This document shows positions 35,826 through 47,500 of a DNA stretch of 64,000 nucleotides, piece by piece (position 1 is the first letter of the stretch; the number at the start of each line of letters is the position of its first letter). The notes below the pieces were generated by a model. That model was not told where the DNA came from, did no database searches, and saw only the letters and a list, made by a program, of their open reading frames with translations. This stretch comes from Chrysomallon squamiferum (Eukaryota > Animalia > Mollusca). Made by a program: the position numbers and the translations under genes. The DNA lies in assembly GCA_012295275.1 (NCBI GenBank), contig CM022671.1:5022001-5086000 (forward strand), given 5' to 3'.

Positions 35826-37030
35826 GTCCTTTGCATATACACACATATATATATTGCATATACATTTAAAAATAAATAAAGTAAATACATTAAATACAAA
35901 ATTAAAACAAACTGCCATTTTTGTATGAATCTCAAAATGTTAACAGTTTACTTACAATATCCATTCATATTTTATTCATTCAGAACTTAGCCAGGGTATA
36001 TTTAGCAATATACAAAGAATTTGTCCTGATTTATACAAAAACAACTTGATTATCTGTATCTGTGATCAGAACGGTTTCTTTAGTTTCAAAAATAAAATTT
36101 TCTCATCAACCTAGTTATAACAAACTTAATTCCTGCAAAGATAGGTAAAAAAAAAAAATAATAAAAATAAATAAATACCAATTTTTTTATCTCCTGTTTA
36201 TTTAAAACAAATCTCCATTTTTTTTTTTTTTTAAATTTCCCTCCAATGTTTGTCCCTGTATTATGAAAATAAAGAATTTAGAATATTCTCTTTTTCCTTT
36301 TGTTTAACTAAAGCTTTGTTTTCAATATTTTTCCTAACTGGATATCAACAGAACAATTCGTACTCACAAATATCTTGTATTAAAAAAAGAAAAAAAAGAA
36401 ACAAAATTAATTAAATGCCTTTTAAAACAACCCATTTTTAAAATAATTATGTAAAAATAATATGTTCTTCATATTTCGCCAACATATTTATCAACATTGA
36501 TTTTTATATTTTCATCACAAATGGATTTTTTATCCAAACCATTTCACTTTCTCTGGTCCCTGAAATTATTTACATATACAAATATGTAAATTAGATGATA
36601 CTGGTGATAGTGTGAAAAAAAACCCCCAAAAAACAAGTGTATAACAATGTATATGCTAGCTTATTAAGTATTCTGAAAATTTATACATATTCTGACATCT
36701 AAAATACTGTTACATATACATGTCAAGCCTCACTGATCTAAATAAAGCAATTTAATTTTATATATACTTATTTAAAATTAGTATCATAATAACATGTTTC
36801 ACATATTCATTTTGTAATGTTACAAAATTTGTTAACATCTTTTATTTGCCAACATTTTCATTCTATTGAAATTTATAAACTCATTAACTGAACATTTTTT
36901 TATGTGAGAAACCACAGTTATAGAGGAAACTGCACCATCTTGTTTTCCTCTGGGTAACCATAGAAACTGTATTTTATTTCAATCCAAAGCTCTTTTATAA
37001 TAGAAGATTTTAGAAAATTATATATATACA

Positions 37031-37207
37031 TGTCAAATTGAATATATATATTTATTATTTTGTTTCAATTATTTATTTATTTATTATTATTATTATTTTA
37101 TTTATTTATTTTTTATATTTATAAAAATTTATATAAATATAAAAAATATAATAATAAAAAAATAAATAATTGAAACAAATAATAAAAAATATATTTTCAA
37201 TTTGACA
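37031..37207. repeat. Long AT-rich imperfect palindrome (about 177 nt)
   Basis: TGTCAAATTGAA..TTATT..TGTTTCAATTATTTATTT pairs with AAATAAATAATTGAAACA..AATAA..TTCAATTTGACA, centred near 37125. Confidence 0.85.
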
Positions 37208-37949
37208 CAAATCTGTACATATGACATAATGATAATATGAAGGATCTGATGTCTTGAAAGGAATGTTCTATCTAGTATTAAATACGTTGCATATTAATAA
37301 AACAAAAAAATGGTAATTTGTCGTTTTTGTCAATAAAATTTGATATGGTTAACATGATTCTTTGCATCTACAAGATGGATATGTATCTGAAACAGAAATT
37401 TATAAATAAACAAAAACTTTGTAAACATGTACCTAATCTCAAACAATGATATAAATCTACAAACATAAAAATAATTTAAAATACCAAATCAATATCTAAT
37501 TTCTAAGTATTAATAATATTGCATTGTTGTTCTTTTTTACTTCATATTCTTTTCATTCCGGTTCTTTCATTATTATTTTAAAGATTGCTACAAGAATGAA
37601 CGTAAGTTGGTATGTTATTATCCTGTCCTTGTATTTCATACATATGTGCTTATTCTAAGTCATACTTAATTAAAAACAAAAATAATGAAAAAAACCCATT
37701 AAAATAATTTTTCTCTTGAACAAAATTTATTCTTACCTATTTAAATTTTAATTAATAAGTATAAAAATAAAATTAAAATAAATAAAAATTAACTGTTCAA
37801 ATTGTTTGCATTATCTACACAAGTGATATTTTGATCATAACTGTGCAAGAAGAATTATCACTGATATTAGGCACTGTGTTTTTTTCACATTCCAACCACT
37901 CCCTCACAACTAGCTCATCAAACACTGATATGTTATTTCCAGTTATCTA

Positions 37950-38426
37950 CAGTTGTGCCTCACACTTCAGACAATTCTAACTTCAAATTTATAGAGTTCG
38001 AAAGCTAAATTCAAGAGAAATTCAATCCAGATGCTTCTGTTTGAACTGCACAGTGAAAAAATGTGCTTGCTGTATAAAAGCCATCTATTGCATACCCAGT
38101 TTGTCTCTCACTTTTTCTGTGAAATCTTCTGTTGCCGTAATCTCATAATTATTATATCAGTGCTTTTTTTTTTCACTTCATTTTTTATTTATAAGCTCTT
38201 TCTATTAACCATGCATCCAAGAAAAGTGTTGAAGCAAAGGAATCCAAACACGAGTTGAAAAAGGAATATGAAAACTGTTTTAAGTTTACTGAAATGGGTA
38301 TTATCAAGAGTCTAAGAACTAATTAATTCCCTTTTCGTTATTTTAAATGGAGAATACTGATTCAGATTTTGAAGAATTCAGAGTTAGAACAGCGTCTCGA
38401 AGCAGATTAAATCTGAGGCATCACTG
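37950..38426. mobile_element. Tc1/mariner-superfamily (pogo/Tigger-like) MITE, about 477 bp
   Basis: TA|CAGTTGTGCCTCA ... TGAGGCATCACTG|TA: TA target duplication and a 13-bp terminal inverted repeat (11/13 match), plus a subterminal TTCTAACT/AGTTAGAA pair. No transposase ORF. Confidence 0.65.
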
Positions 38427-39486
38427 TATATATATGTAAAATATGCCTTAATTTAGTACATCATGTTTGATGAGGGACGGTTTGCTATTAAAAATTCTAG
38501 AAAAAATATAAAAAATAAATGAACACTGGCTTATGATTTGAATTTATTTACATTATTATTTTATGTGATAAAAATGGTGAAATTATTAATGAACATATTG
38601 GAATTAAAGCATTTTTCATAACAAAATGATTTTTATTTATTTTATGGAGTTTTTTTTAATAATGTTTTATTTTCTATTTTTTATTTTTACATTTTTTTTT
38701 TATAAAAATGAAATATTTTTCAAACTTCACTGTATAAAAATGGTAAAAAAAAAACTTAACTTAAAATTTTCTTTTTAAATACATGATGTTTATTAAGAAT
38801 ATAAATAAAGTAAGTAAAAAATGAACAGATTTATTTATTACATTTAGATTATAAATTTATATTATGATTTGTATTTTATATTTTAATATCTCAGTTGTTA
38901 AAGGTTTCTATTTACATAATCACAACAACTGATATTAATTTAAAGGCAAACATTTTTAAAAAATGCATTCTAAAAATATCAAGTAATTTCTAAGTCATAA
39001 ACTAGGGTCAATGTCTAGAATTTATAACAAAATATTTTCACTGAAGGAATATTTATCATAAATTTAAAGTGTATCTATGGTAGTGGTTGTAAGTAATCAC
39101 CAAGTCAATGAAAGTTCCACTGATGTAAGTGACATTATAAGTTTGACATAAAACAAGAAACTTAGAATGGTTAGCAATGCCAGATTGTTAGAAAAGGGCC
39201 TGACCCAGTTTGGTCGCAGGTACAGCATAACAAGAGTGAATAAACAAATAACATATGCTACACAATTAGTTAGCTTCATACAGTGGTAACCTAGATGCAT
39301 TTTGTATACATACTTCTAAGAAATGGTTTATTTCTTGTGAATAAACATTCAAAATATATCATAGTTATTTCATTTGTTTCTTGCAACTAACAAAAACACT
39401 AACTGGGTAGTATACAAAATGTATCTAGGATAAATGTAAACACTACCATTGATAGACTTTAAAGAGTGCCTTTCACAATCAGAAGC

Positions 39487-40714
39487 TTATTCAAATACAA
39501 TGGTCATTTTGAATACAAACTTCTGACAGGTCTGTCCATAATAATATTTACATTTACGTCTACTTTCATGAGGTTTCACTATGTACCCCTCATCCATGAG
39601 ATCGGTCTCTAGACATTTTATCAGTGTTTCCTCAGTTGCCATGGAATCCCAGGGTCCTATGGACACATGAGCTTGTTCCACAATGCACCCATGATTAGGA
39701 TTAAAGTTCTGTACTCGAGGTGTAAACTCTTTCCTGAAAGCATGCACAATCACTTCACCAACTTTAGTAACAGCAGCATTAGCAATGGCTGTCCGAATAA
39801 TTTCATCTCGGACTTCATGGTATCCTGGAAATTGAGCTCGATGCGATTCCTTCACTTGCATTAGTGCAATTTCTGGTTTCAGTTCTAGTTTTTCTTTCAG
39901 ACTCTGCAGTCCATAATATTCTGCTTCTCTGTAGACAGACATGACCATGTTGTTTGGCGGAAGAGTGCCGTAACGTAAATATTCGAGTATGTAACTGAAA
40001 ACAGTTCCATTGCTGTCAAGAAAATAGTTCCCATCTTTGTCCTGGTCAACTTTGTAACGTCCACTGAACAGTGCTGCCAACATGGAGTCAGAGTATTTGA
40101 GAAGTGTGGATAACCTGGTCATGTGCAGTATACCACCTACATTCAGTGTAATGATGGGTGGAAACACACCAAGGATAACAGTGTTGTTGTTTTCCCTGGC
40201 TGGACATAGCTGCTGAAAAGGATAATATTCCATTTTACTTTTGTTAAGTAATTTACTGTAATTATTAAAGATGACTTGAAAATAAGCATCCTCAGTTTGA
40301 AATTGTTTTTATTCTATGAAGGGGGAGAAATATATATATAAACATACATACATACATATATTCATAAAATAATTTTCTGTGTTATGTAACTGCTTTAAAA
40401 AATACTTTATTATTTTTTTTTAATGATTTTTCGTACTTTCAATATTTAGTGAACTTATTTAGCTTTAATCAAATGAAACATAAGATCTTAAGCAGTTTGA
40501 TCTAAACTTAAGTGGGAATATTGTTGTGAATGGTGTCTTTAATAAAAAAAACGGATTTCGGCCTTCTGGAAGGTTCTTGGCCACATGAAAGAAAAACGTT
40601 TACATATAAAATAAATAATAATAATTAAGAAAAAGAGTTAACATAACTATTTTTTAAATCTTCAAATTATTATTAATAAATTAATTAATAAAATAAATAA
40701 TTATATGTATGTAT

Positions 40715-40746
<32 letters not shown>

Positions 40747-40828
40747 TATATATAATTATACACACATACATAATACATACACACACATATATATATATAT
40801 ACACACACATACATACATACATACAATG

Positions 40829-40866
<38 letters not shown>

Positions 40867-41069
40867 TAATATATATAAATCCAACCAACCATAGGGACTG
40901 CAGACGGCATCTTTTCGTTGGTAGCAGACGGATTAGTAACGAAACCGCGCGAAGGTAAGGCATGTTTTATTCCAGCTGGTAAAGATCTTGGACTTTGTTG
41001 TGGAATTTCTCTAATGGTGATGATTTCCTCAACAGATGATACTGAATCCTTGTCACTTGTATCAGACAT
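39487..41069 (-). CDS. KCTD7/KCTD14-like BTB/POZ (T1-type) domain protein, about 301 aa, 2 coding exons
   Basis: Exon 41069-40890 (60 codons, donor ATG|GTTGGT) joins in phase 0 to 40212-39487. BTB motif: FPPIITLNVGG..MTRLSTLLKYSDSMLAALFSG..DKDGNYFLDSNG..FSYILEYLR..REAEYYGL. The C-terminal GPWD..CLETDL..GY pattern resembles KCTD7/14. An acceptor at 41075-41076 implies an upstream UTR exon. Confidence 0.88.
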
Positions 41070-41099
41070 AATTTCTGTTAATATAATATAAAACAAGTA

Positions 41100-42005
41100 A
41101 TTTATAAACGAATTTAAATTACATAGTCGTACGTTTTAGTTTTGGCAACTCGAAACTTCTGTCAATTGTCACAAAATTAAGAAATAAAAAGGTATGTACA
41201 TGTTTCTATACAAACAGCTAAATGTTTTTATTAACAGCCTTTAAAAGATATCATTTCATTTACATTGTGGTATATTCATGTAATAAAGAAGCGCGAAATG
41301 AAAGTCAAAATGAATGTAATAATTATGACAACTTAACAGTCAGATAGAGATATTTACTTAATTAAACGTTTGCAATATTTAATACTTTATTATTTTTATT
41401 CATTAATAGAAGAAGAAGCTATCAGTTTCTCTGCATATATTAAAAAATAAAAGACCCAAGAAATAAACGTTCTTTCATCTACAGGCGCCTGCTATTTTAA
41501 TTTTCATTACTTGTAAATTTAATTAATTTTTCATGAATAATTATTCAATTTATTGTATATGACTGAATTAGTGTTTCATTGTAATACTACTATTACTAGT
41601 CTGATTCAAAGTTCAACTTGATCATCAGTCTAATAGTAATACTTTTTGCTTGGTTCCAAAGCAATTAAAAAGCCATTGTAAAAGTATTTGGTCATGGCTC
41701 ACAAATATTACATGTATAAAAAATTTTTAAAAGGGAAGGATTGTTCTACAGTGGTAATATATATTTTTTTTTCATTGTTGTTGAAATGATAATCAATTAA
41801 TCAGTTATTCAGTAATCATTAAGATAAAAAAAAAAAAAACTGTCATAGAACTGTTTTATTTAATTAGAGCTCAAGGCACTGGTATTATAAAAACACAACT
41901 GCCGAGGTACAAATGACTGCTAGTTTCGAGAATAGAGTATCTCATCAGCTTGAAATTTATTCAACCAAAGATATATATATTAAACATTCACCTCGATGCA
42001 TGAAA
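41100..42005. promoter_or_regulatory. Short divergent promoter between the KCTD gene and the phosphatase gene
   Basis: The start codons are about 0.9 kb apart, head to head. E2F-like GCGCGAAA at 41291-41298. YY1-like AAAATGGC overlaps the phosphatase ATG at 42006. Confidence 0.45.
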
Positions 42006-44599
42006 ATGGCTGCTTCCGCCGACGTTGTTTTACCAACTTTAAAATCCTTGCCAAATTTTCGGGTTTTGTGTGCCAAATATCAGAATTGTTGCAGTTCTTA
42101 CAAAGGAATGATTTATAGATCATCAAGACCTGATTTTATAAATGAAAATGATGCTATGATTTTAAAGCGTATTGGTATAAACAGCATTGTAGATTTACGA
42201 TCTCGAAAAGAATATTCTCTAGCAGACGGCAAGAAGCTGTTGGATCGAGATTTTCAACTATGTCAGGTGAAACCACCACATCAACGAAACTACAAGCCGT
42301 TAGAAAGTGTCAGATATAAGGTGCTTGATACAGAAAGAACCAATTACAGTCAAAACAACCATTCAGTTTGTGAATGCAGCGGAAATGGACAGTCGCCGAT
42401 ACATCCCGACAAAATTACGAAAATGGATGTGAAACCGAATGTCTTTGGGTGTGATGCTGATGACAGTGATTCGACATCTAAATTTTGTCAACATTCCAAT
42501 ACTTTACCAGTATTTAAATCACACTATCTTGTAAATTTCTTTTCAGGACGATATGTATGGACAGTATTTAATAGGGCACCCTGGTACATGAAGCTTATCT
42601 CATTGTTATTTCTGTTACTGGATGTGATTTTGAACACTGGGTACAAATATTTTATAAGATTCTTTGCTCATCATTATTTGAATTCTGCTGGAATAATAGG
42701 ACAGTACAAAGACATGATCAATCTCAGCCAGAGAAGCATTTGTGCAGGTATTTGAATTTATATTTTATTTTTTTAATTTAGTTCAGTTGTAATTATTTAA
42801 TGTGATTTATTCAAATATGAGATAGCGAGATCGATTACATAGTTGATCCCTTAGTTAAAAAAAACAAAAAGAAATGGCCATTAAGTTAATGATTAACTAA
42901 TGTCAGTATGGATAAAACAGATGGAGATAAAATAAATGCCATAAACTTGGATTTCCAGATTTAGGACTATTTAATTATTACTATTATTATATATTTTTTA
43001 TCATAATTTATAATTTCATATCATCATCATTATTGTATTTATCATTATGATTATTATTATTTCAGCACTGAAGTTACTTACAGATCCTGTAAACAGTCCA
43101 GCCATTCTCAACTGTGCTCATGGCAAAGATCGGACAGGTATTGTGTCTGCACTTGTGTTACACTGTCTGGGAAAATCCAAAGAATTCATTGCTAAAGATT
43201 ATGCCAAGTCTGGAGTAAGTACACAAAAGTTAATCAATCAGTTGACTGAACCCCCGTCCACTAAGTAATTATCTGTATTTGGAATATACTCCATATGATC
43301 TGAAAACTGTATCACAGATAAGTTAGAAAGGCAGAATAATCTAGTCATATGATTTCCTAAATTAGCTCTGGTTTGGAGGCAATACTGAATTGCATTTTAG
43401 TACAAATCACTCTTGAGACTGATATCTTAATTAAGATGCTGTCAGTGCTGGTAGCAGATGATTTTATTAACACATTTTATTCTTGAAACATTATTTAAGT
43501 TTGAAGTATTCATGTCTAGGAATATTTTAACATTTTCACAGGATAAGCTAGGTCAACACCCTGTACCAATCCTAATTTTCTCATTGTGGATAGTATAAAT
43601 TGTTAATAATAGTTTACATCAATTTATGATTCAATCTGCTTGACACTCTCTTGTGTCCTGCAGATATAATGAGAATCCCTTATCTCTTTCCTTCCTCAAT
43701 TCTTTTTTGCTTTGCCAGAGAGCATTGTCTGTTGCAGATGTGCTTCACAACAGTTTGCTCTAATTAGCACATTAATTTTTTTTTCTGTCTGTCTGTCTCT
43801 TACACCAGTGATTCTTTCTAAATTAAAGTAATTCCTGTTAAATATATAATTTATTATTTTCTTCACTCTGTTAGGTGGGTTTAGAATCCATTCAAGACCG
43901 GGTACGTGATGATGTTGTTGTTCGTTATGACATGGATGAAGAATTTGCATTGGCCAAGGAAGAAACTATGTTACAGTTACTTCAGTACATAGAAGAGAGG
44001 TTAGTTTATCTAATTATTATGAAAACTGGTCAGTTTTAATATCAAGTAACTGAAAAATGGGCTAAATTTGTTCCATAGGATACACACAGAGAAATCCTAA
44101 TGAAGTTGCTTTATTATGGTAAGTACATCAAACTACATATATATTTTTTATTTTCAGACTGTGTTATGTTTTTATAATCTAATTGAAAAAGCAAAAACAA
44201 GAGGGGGAAATAAAAGAAAGAAAACCTTTTTTAACTATTTTAGAAAGAACTAATTTGAAAAAAAATAATTTGTTTTTGTTTAAGAATTAATAAATGAAAT
44301 GAAACATTAGAGAAAAATAATAATAAAAGTTACTCATTTACAAGACAAATTACAATGATTTTATTTTTTATTAACTTTAAATCAAAACCTGCTATGTGTA
44401 TAGCTTGTTTATTTCTTTACATATAAATAAACTATATTTTTCTTTTTTTTTAAATTTGTAATGCTGAAAGATGTCAGTTGATTTATATGTACCTGATTTT
44501 ATTTTCAGTTATGGATCCATTGATAATTATATGGAATATATTGGATTCAGCCAAAGTGAACAAGAAAGATTTCGTAAATTTGTTGGAGCAGATATTTAA
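42006..44599 (+). CDS. Cys-based protein/lipid phosphatase, Y_phosphatase3 (IphP/MptpB-like) family, about 368 aa, 4 exons
   Basis: Exons 42006-42747, 43066-43214, 43875-43999 and 44509-44599 total 1107 nt in frame; in-frame upstream ATGs at 41913 and 42000 are alternative starts. Family motifs: LPNFR, IYRSSRPD, GINSIVDLRSRKE, P-loop NCAHGKDRTG, I.KDY..S, and YGSIDNYMEYIGF. Confidence 0.9.
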
Positions 44600-47500
44600 G
44601 AAGATAATATGATTTTATCTGGATTTAGAAATTCCTTTTTATTACAAGAATTGCCACTAGAATGTTTGTTAATTTTTATTTGTTTTATTTTGTACTCATT
44701 GTTTATTTATTTATTTTTTTATGAAATACATTATTTTTATATTTTTTTAAGACTTCATATAAGATTTAAAAAAAAAATATATCTATATGTATATGTGATT
44801 TCAAATATAAAAGTATAGTCATTTGATAGGGCGTTTTACAATTTTTTCATTCCTTATATTTTTATAATTACTTGTCAGTCAGATAAGTATCATAATCAAA
44901 AGTAAGTATTAATTTGCACATTATTTGAGGTATTATAAATTGTTATTTTATACTCTGAAGTAGTATTTACCTTAGTAAATGAAATGTATTGAATATAACA
45001 TTTAGAAAGCTGGATCAAATATATTACAATACGGTTGATCAGTTGGCACATTAAAGCATTTTTTCAATGAGGACTGGTCCAGTTTTCCTTAATAATAGAA
45101 TCTAAATACAGTATGTGTACAAGTTACACTATTTTACATTATCATCTAACCAGCTAGCACAGGTAAATATATTAAGAGTATTTATAAATAAATCTATTAA
45201 ATTTTGTTTTATATATAAATATAGAATTGTTTAAATCAAAAATACATTTTACTTACTCCAAGTATCAAATTCATTTTGTTTCATCTTTTAAGTCAAATAA
45301 ATATTAAATATCGAGGTTAATCTTGATCAAAGATATATTAGATGGAGTACATGATAAAACTGCAGCTGAATTGGTTTTATGACATTTTTGCAAATAATTG
45401 AATGTGACTGATTTGATTATTTAATATATTATTTGATATTGCATATCAGACAGACTACTGAACAAAGAATTTAAAAAAAAGAGCAACGATCAAAATATGT
45501 TATTTTTTCTGTTTATTTTCACAAAGCATATTACATTTCCAGTTATTCAGAAGAATGTTTTTATTTATATTTATTATCCTTCAAATGAGGGATAAAAAAA
45601 AGAAGAGAAAAAAAGATTTCATCTTCTAGTCAGACACATAAATGTATATAAAACTTGTGTTTATCATTATTATTATTATTTTTTATTTTTTTATTTTGTA
45701 AGGATTTCTTTTAGTTGAAAATACCACTTTGAATTTTTTATTTTTTTTATTTTTTATTTTTAACTTAATAGTTATAAAATTAATTAATATTACAAATTTT
45801 ATTTTAGATTTACAAATTCCTTAACTCACTTGAGCAGATAGATTTAATTGTTTATTATAAATTCTGTATATTCATTGTCTTGACAAAGTTTGTGTGTGTA
45901 TGTGTCACTAATATAATGACAATTCTGTTTTGATGTTACTCACTTTGTGGTTCAGAATAAGCTATTTCTGAATTACTTTATATGTATATACTTAATTGTT
46001 AATGTTTATTAGAACAGTACTATAATGGTAGACATTTTCAAAATTATCGTACATTTTGTCAAATCAGATCTGCTCTGAATTTGTAATTTTATATATTATG
46101 ACTTGATAATCAGGAGATTTAGATTTGGAACAAAGTATTTTAATGATCATCATTAATATTTACAAAATATACTATATTTAGGTAAAAATATTAATTTTAA
46201 TTTGTTTTTTCTGAATGAATATCATGTAGCATATTTTAGAATATATATTTTTTAAAATCATGTTTATTTGTTTTCAGTTAAATGACTTGTTATTGTCTGT
46301 TGTATTATTGTGTTAAATTCCAGAATTTTTGTGATCAAGCATTTTAAGTTTTATATAAAATGTATATGTATTTTTTACAGTTACTCATATTATGATACTG
46401 TAAATTTTGATACCTCATTGTTATATTAATTTAAAACAGTACAGGGTTTGCTGAAAGTCATGTGCAATTTGTAAACATACTGTGTATAAAAAAAGAAAAA
46501 AGAAAGAATTGATATATCTCTTTTTGGGTTAAAGAATAAAGTCTTCAGTATTTATCAAATTTCAATGAAAAAACAGTCAAGAGTCTTTCTTTATTCTCAT
46601 ACAATAAATCTTTTCATATTGTACATGATTTTGTGGACACCTTATTTAATAATGTTTTTAAGGTTCCATTAATCTCCATTTCAAAACAAAGTAATTAGCC
46701 ATTTTTGAAAAAGAATGTTGCAGGTAAAAAATCAGTTATAGTGTATATTAGTTCTTTACAGTTCTTTATAATTTATCATATTTTTTTTTTTTTTATATGA
46801 TTTACAGTATTACAAATAAGTTGGTATAAAAATGATTGCCGGTGAAGATATAAGCCAAAATTATCACTCTAAAAAAATTGACAGTAAACTGTTAAAATGG
46901 AAACTGTCATAGTCAGAACAGTTTGAGGTTGCTTCCATGACAGCAGGCTTTGAACATGATCAGAGAAACATTTGATATTCTTTAAGGTCATGTATCTTCA
47001 TAACATCTGTTGTGAACAAACTAGTCTGAAGGAAATTTTTTTTTTTTAGCATTTTTTTTTTATGTTACATTAATGACAAAATTACTGTTAATGAAATGTC
47101 ACATTTGTATTTTATAGTATGCTTAAGTATAAATGTATAAATAAAGCAGTACGTGTTATAAAAAGAGCTGTTTTGTGAAAACTAAAATATAATTCCACTT
47201 TTTTTTTTAAATATATATTTTTTCCATTTATAAATAAAATTTCTATTTGTTAGTCACACTGACTCTCTGCTTGATATGCATTGCAGACACGTTTAGCTGT
47301 TGATTTTTATATGGTGATTTAAAGTTAAAATAGTCAGTTCATATTATATTTGGCTTTGAAATATGTCTATATCTTATAGCTCTTCCAATCTATACTAGTA
47401 TCTCACCAAGGAGATAACTGGCTGTTTCATCCACTAAACAGAGTATAATTATTTTTATATAAAAGGACACTGAACTCTTCTGATTTTATTTAAGTAAAAA

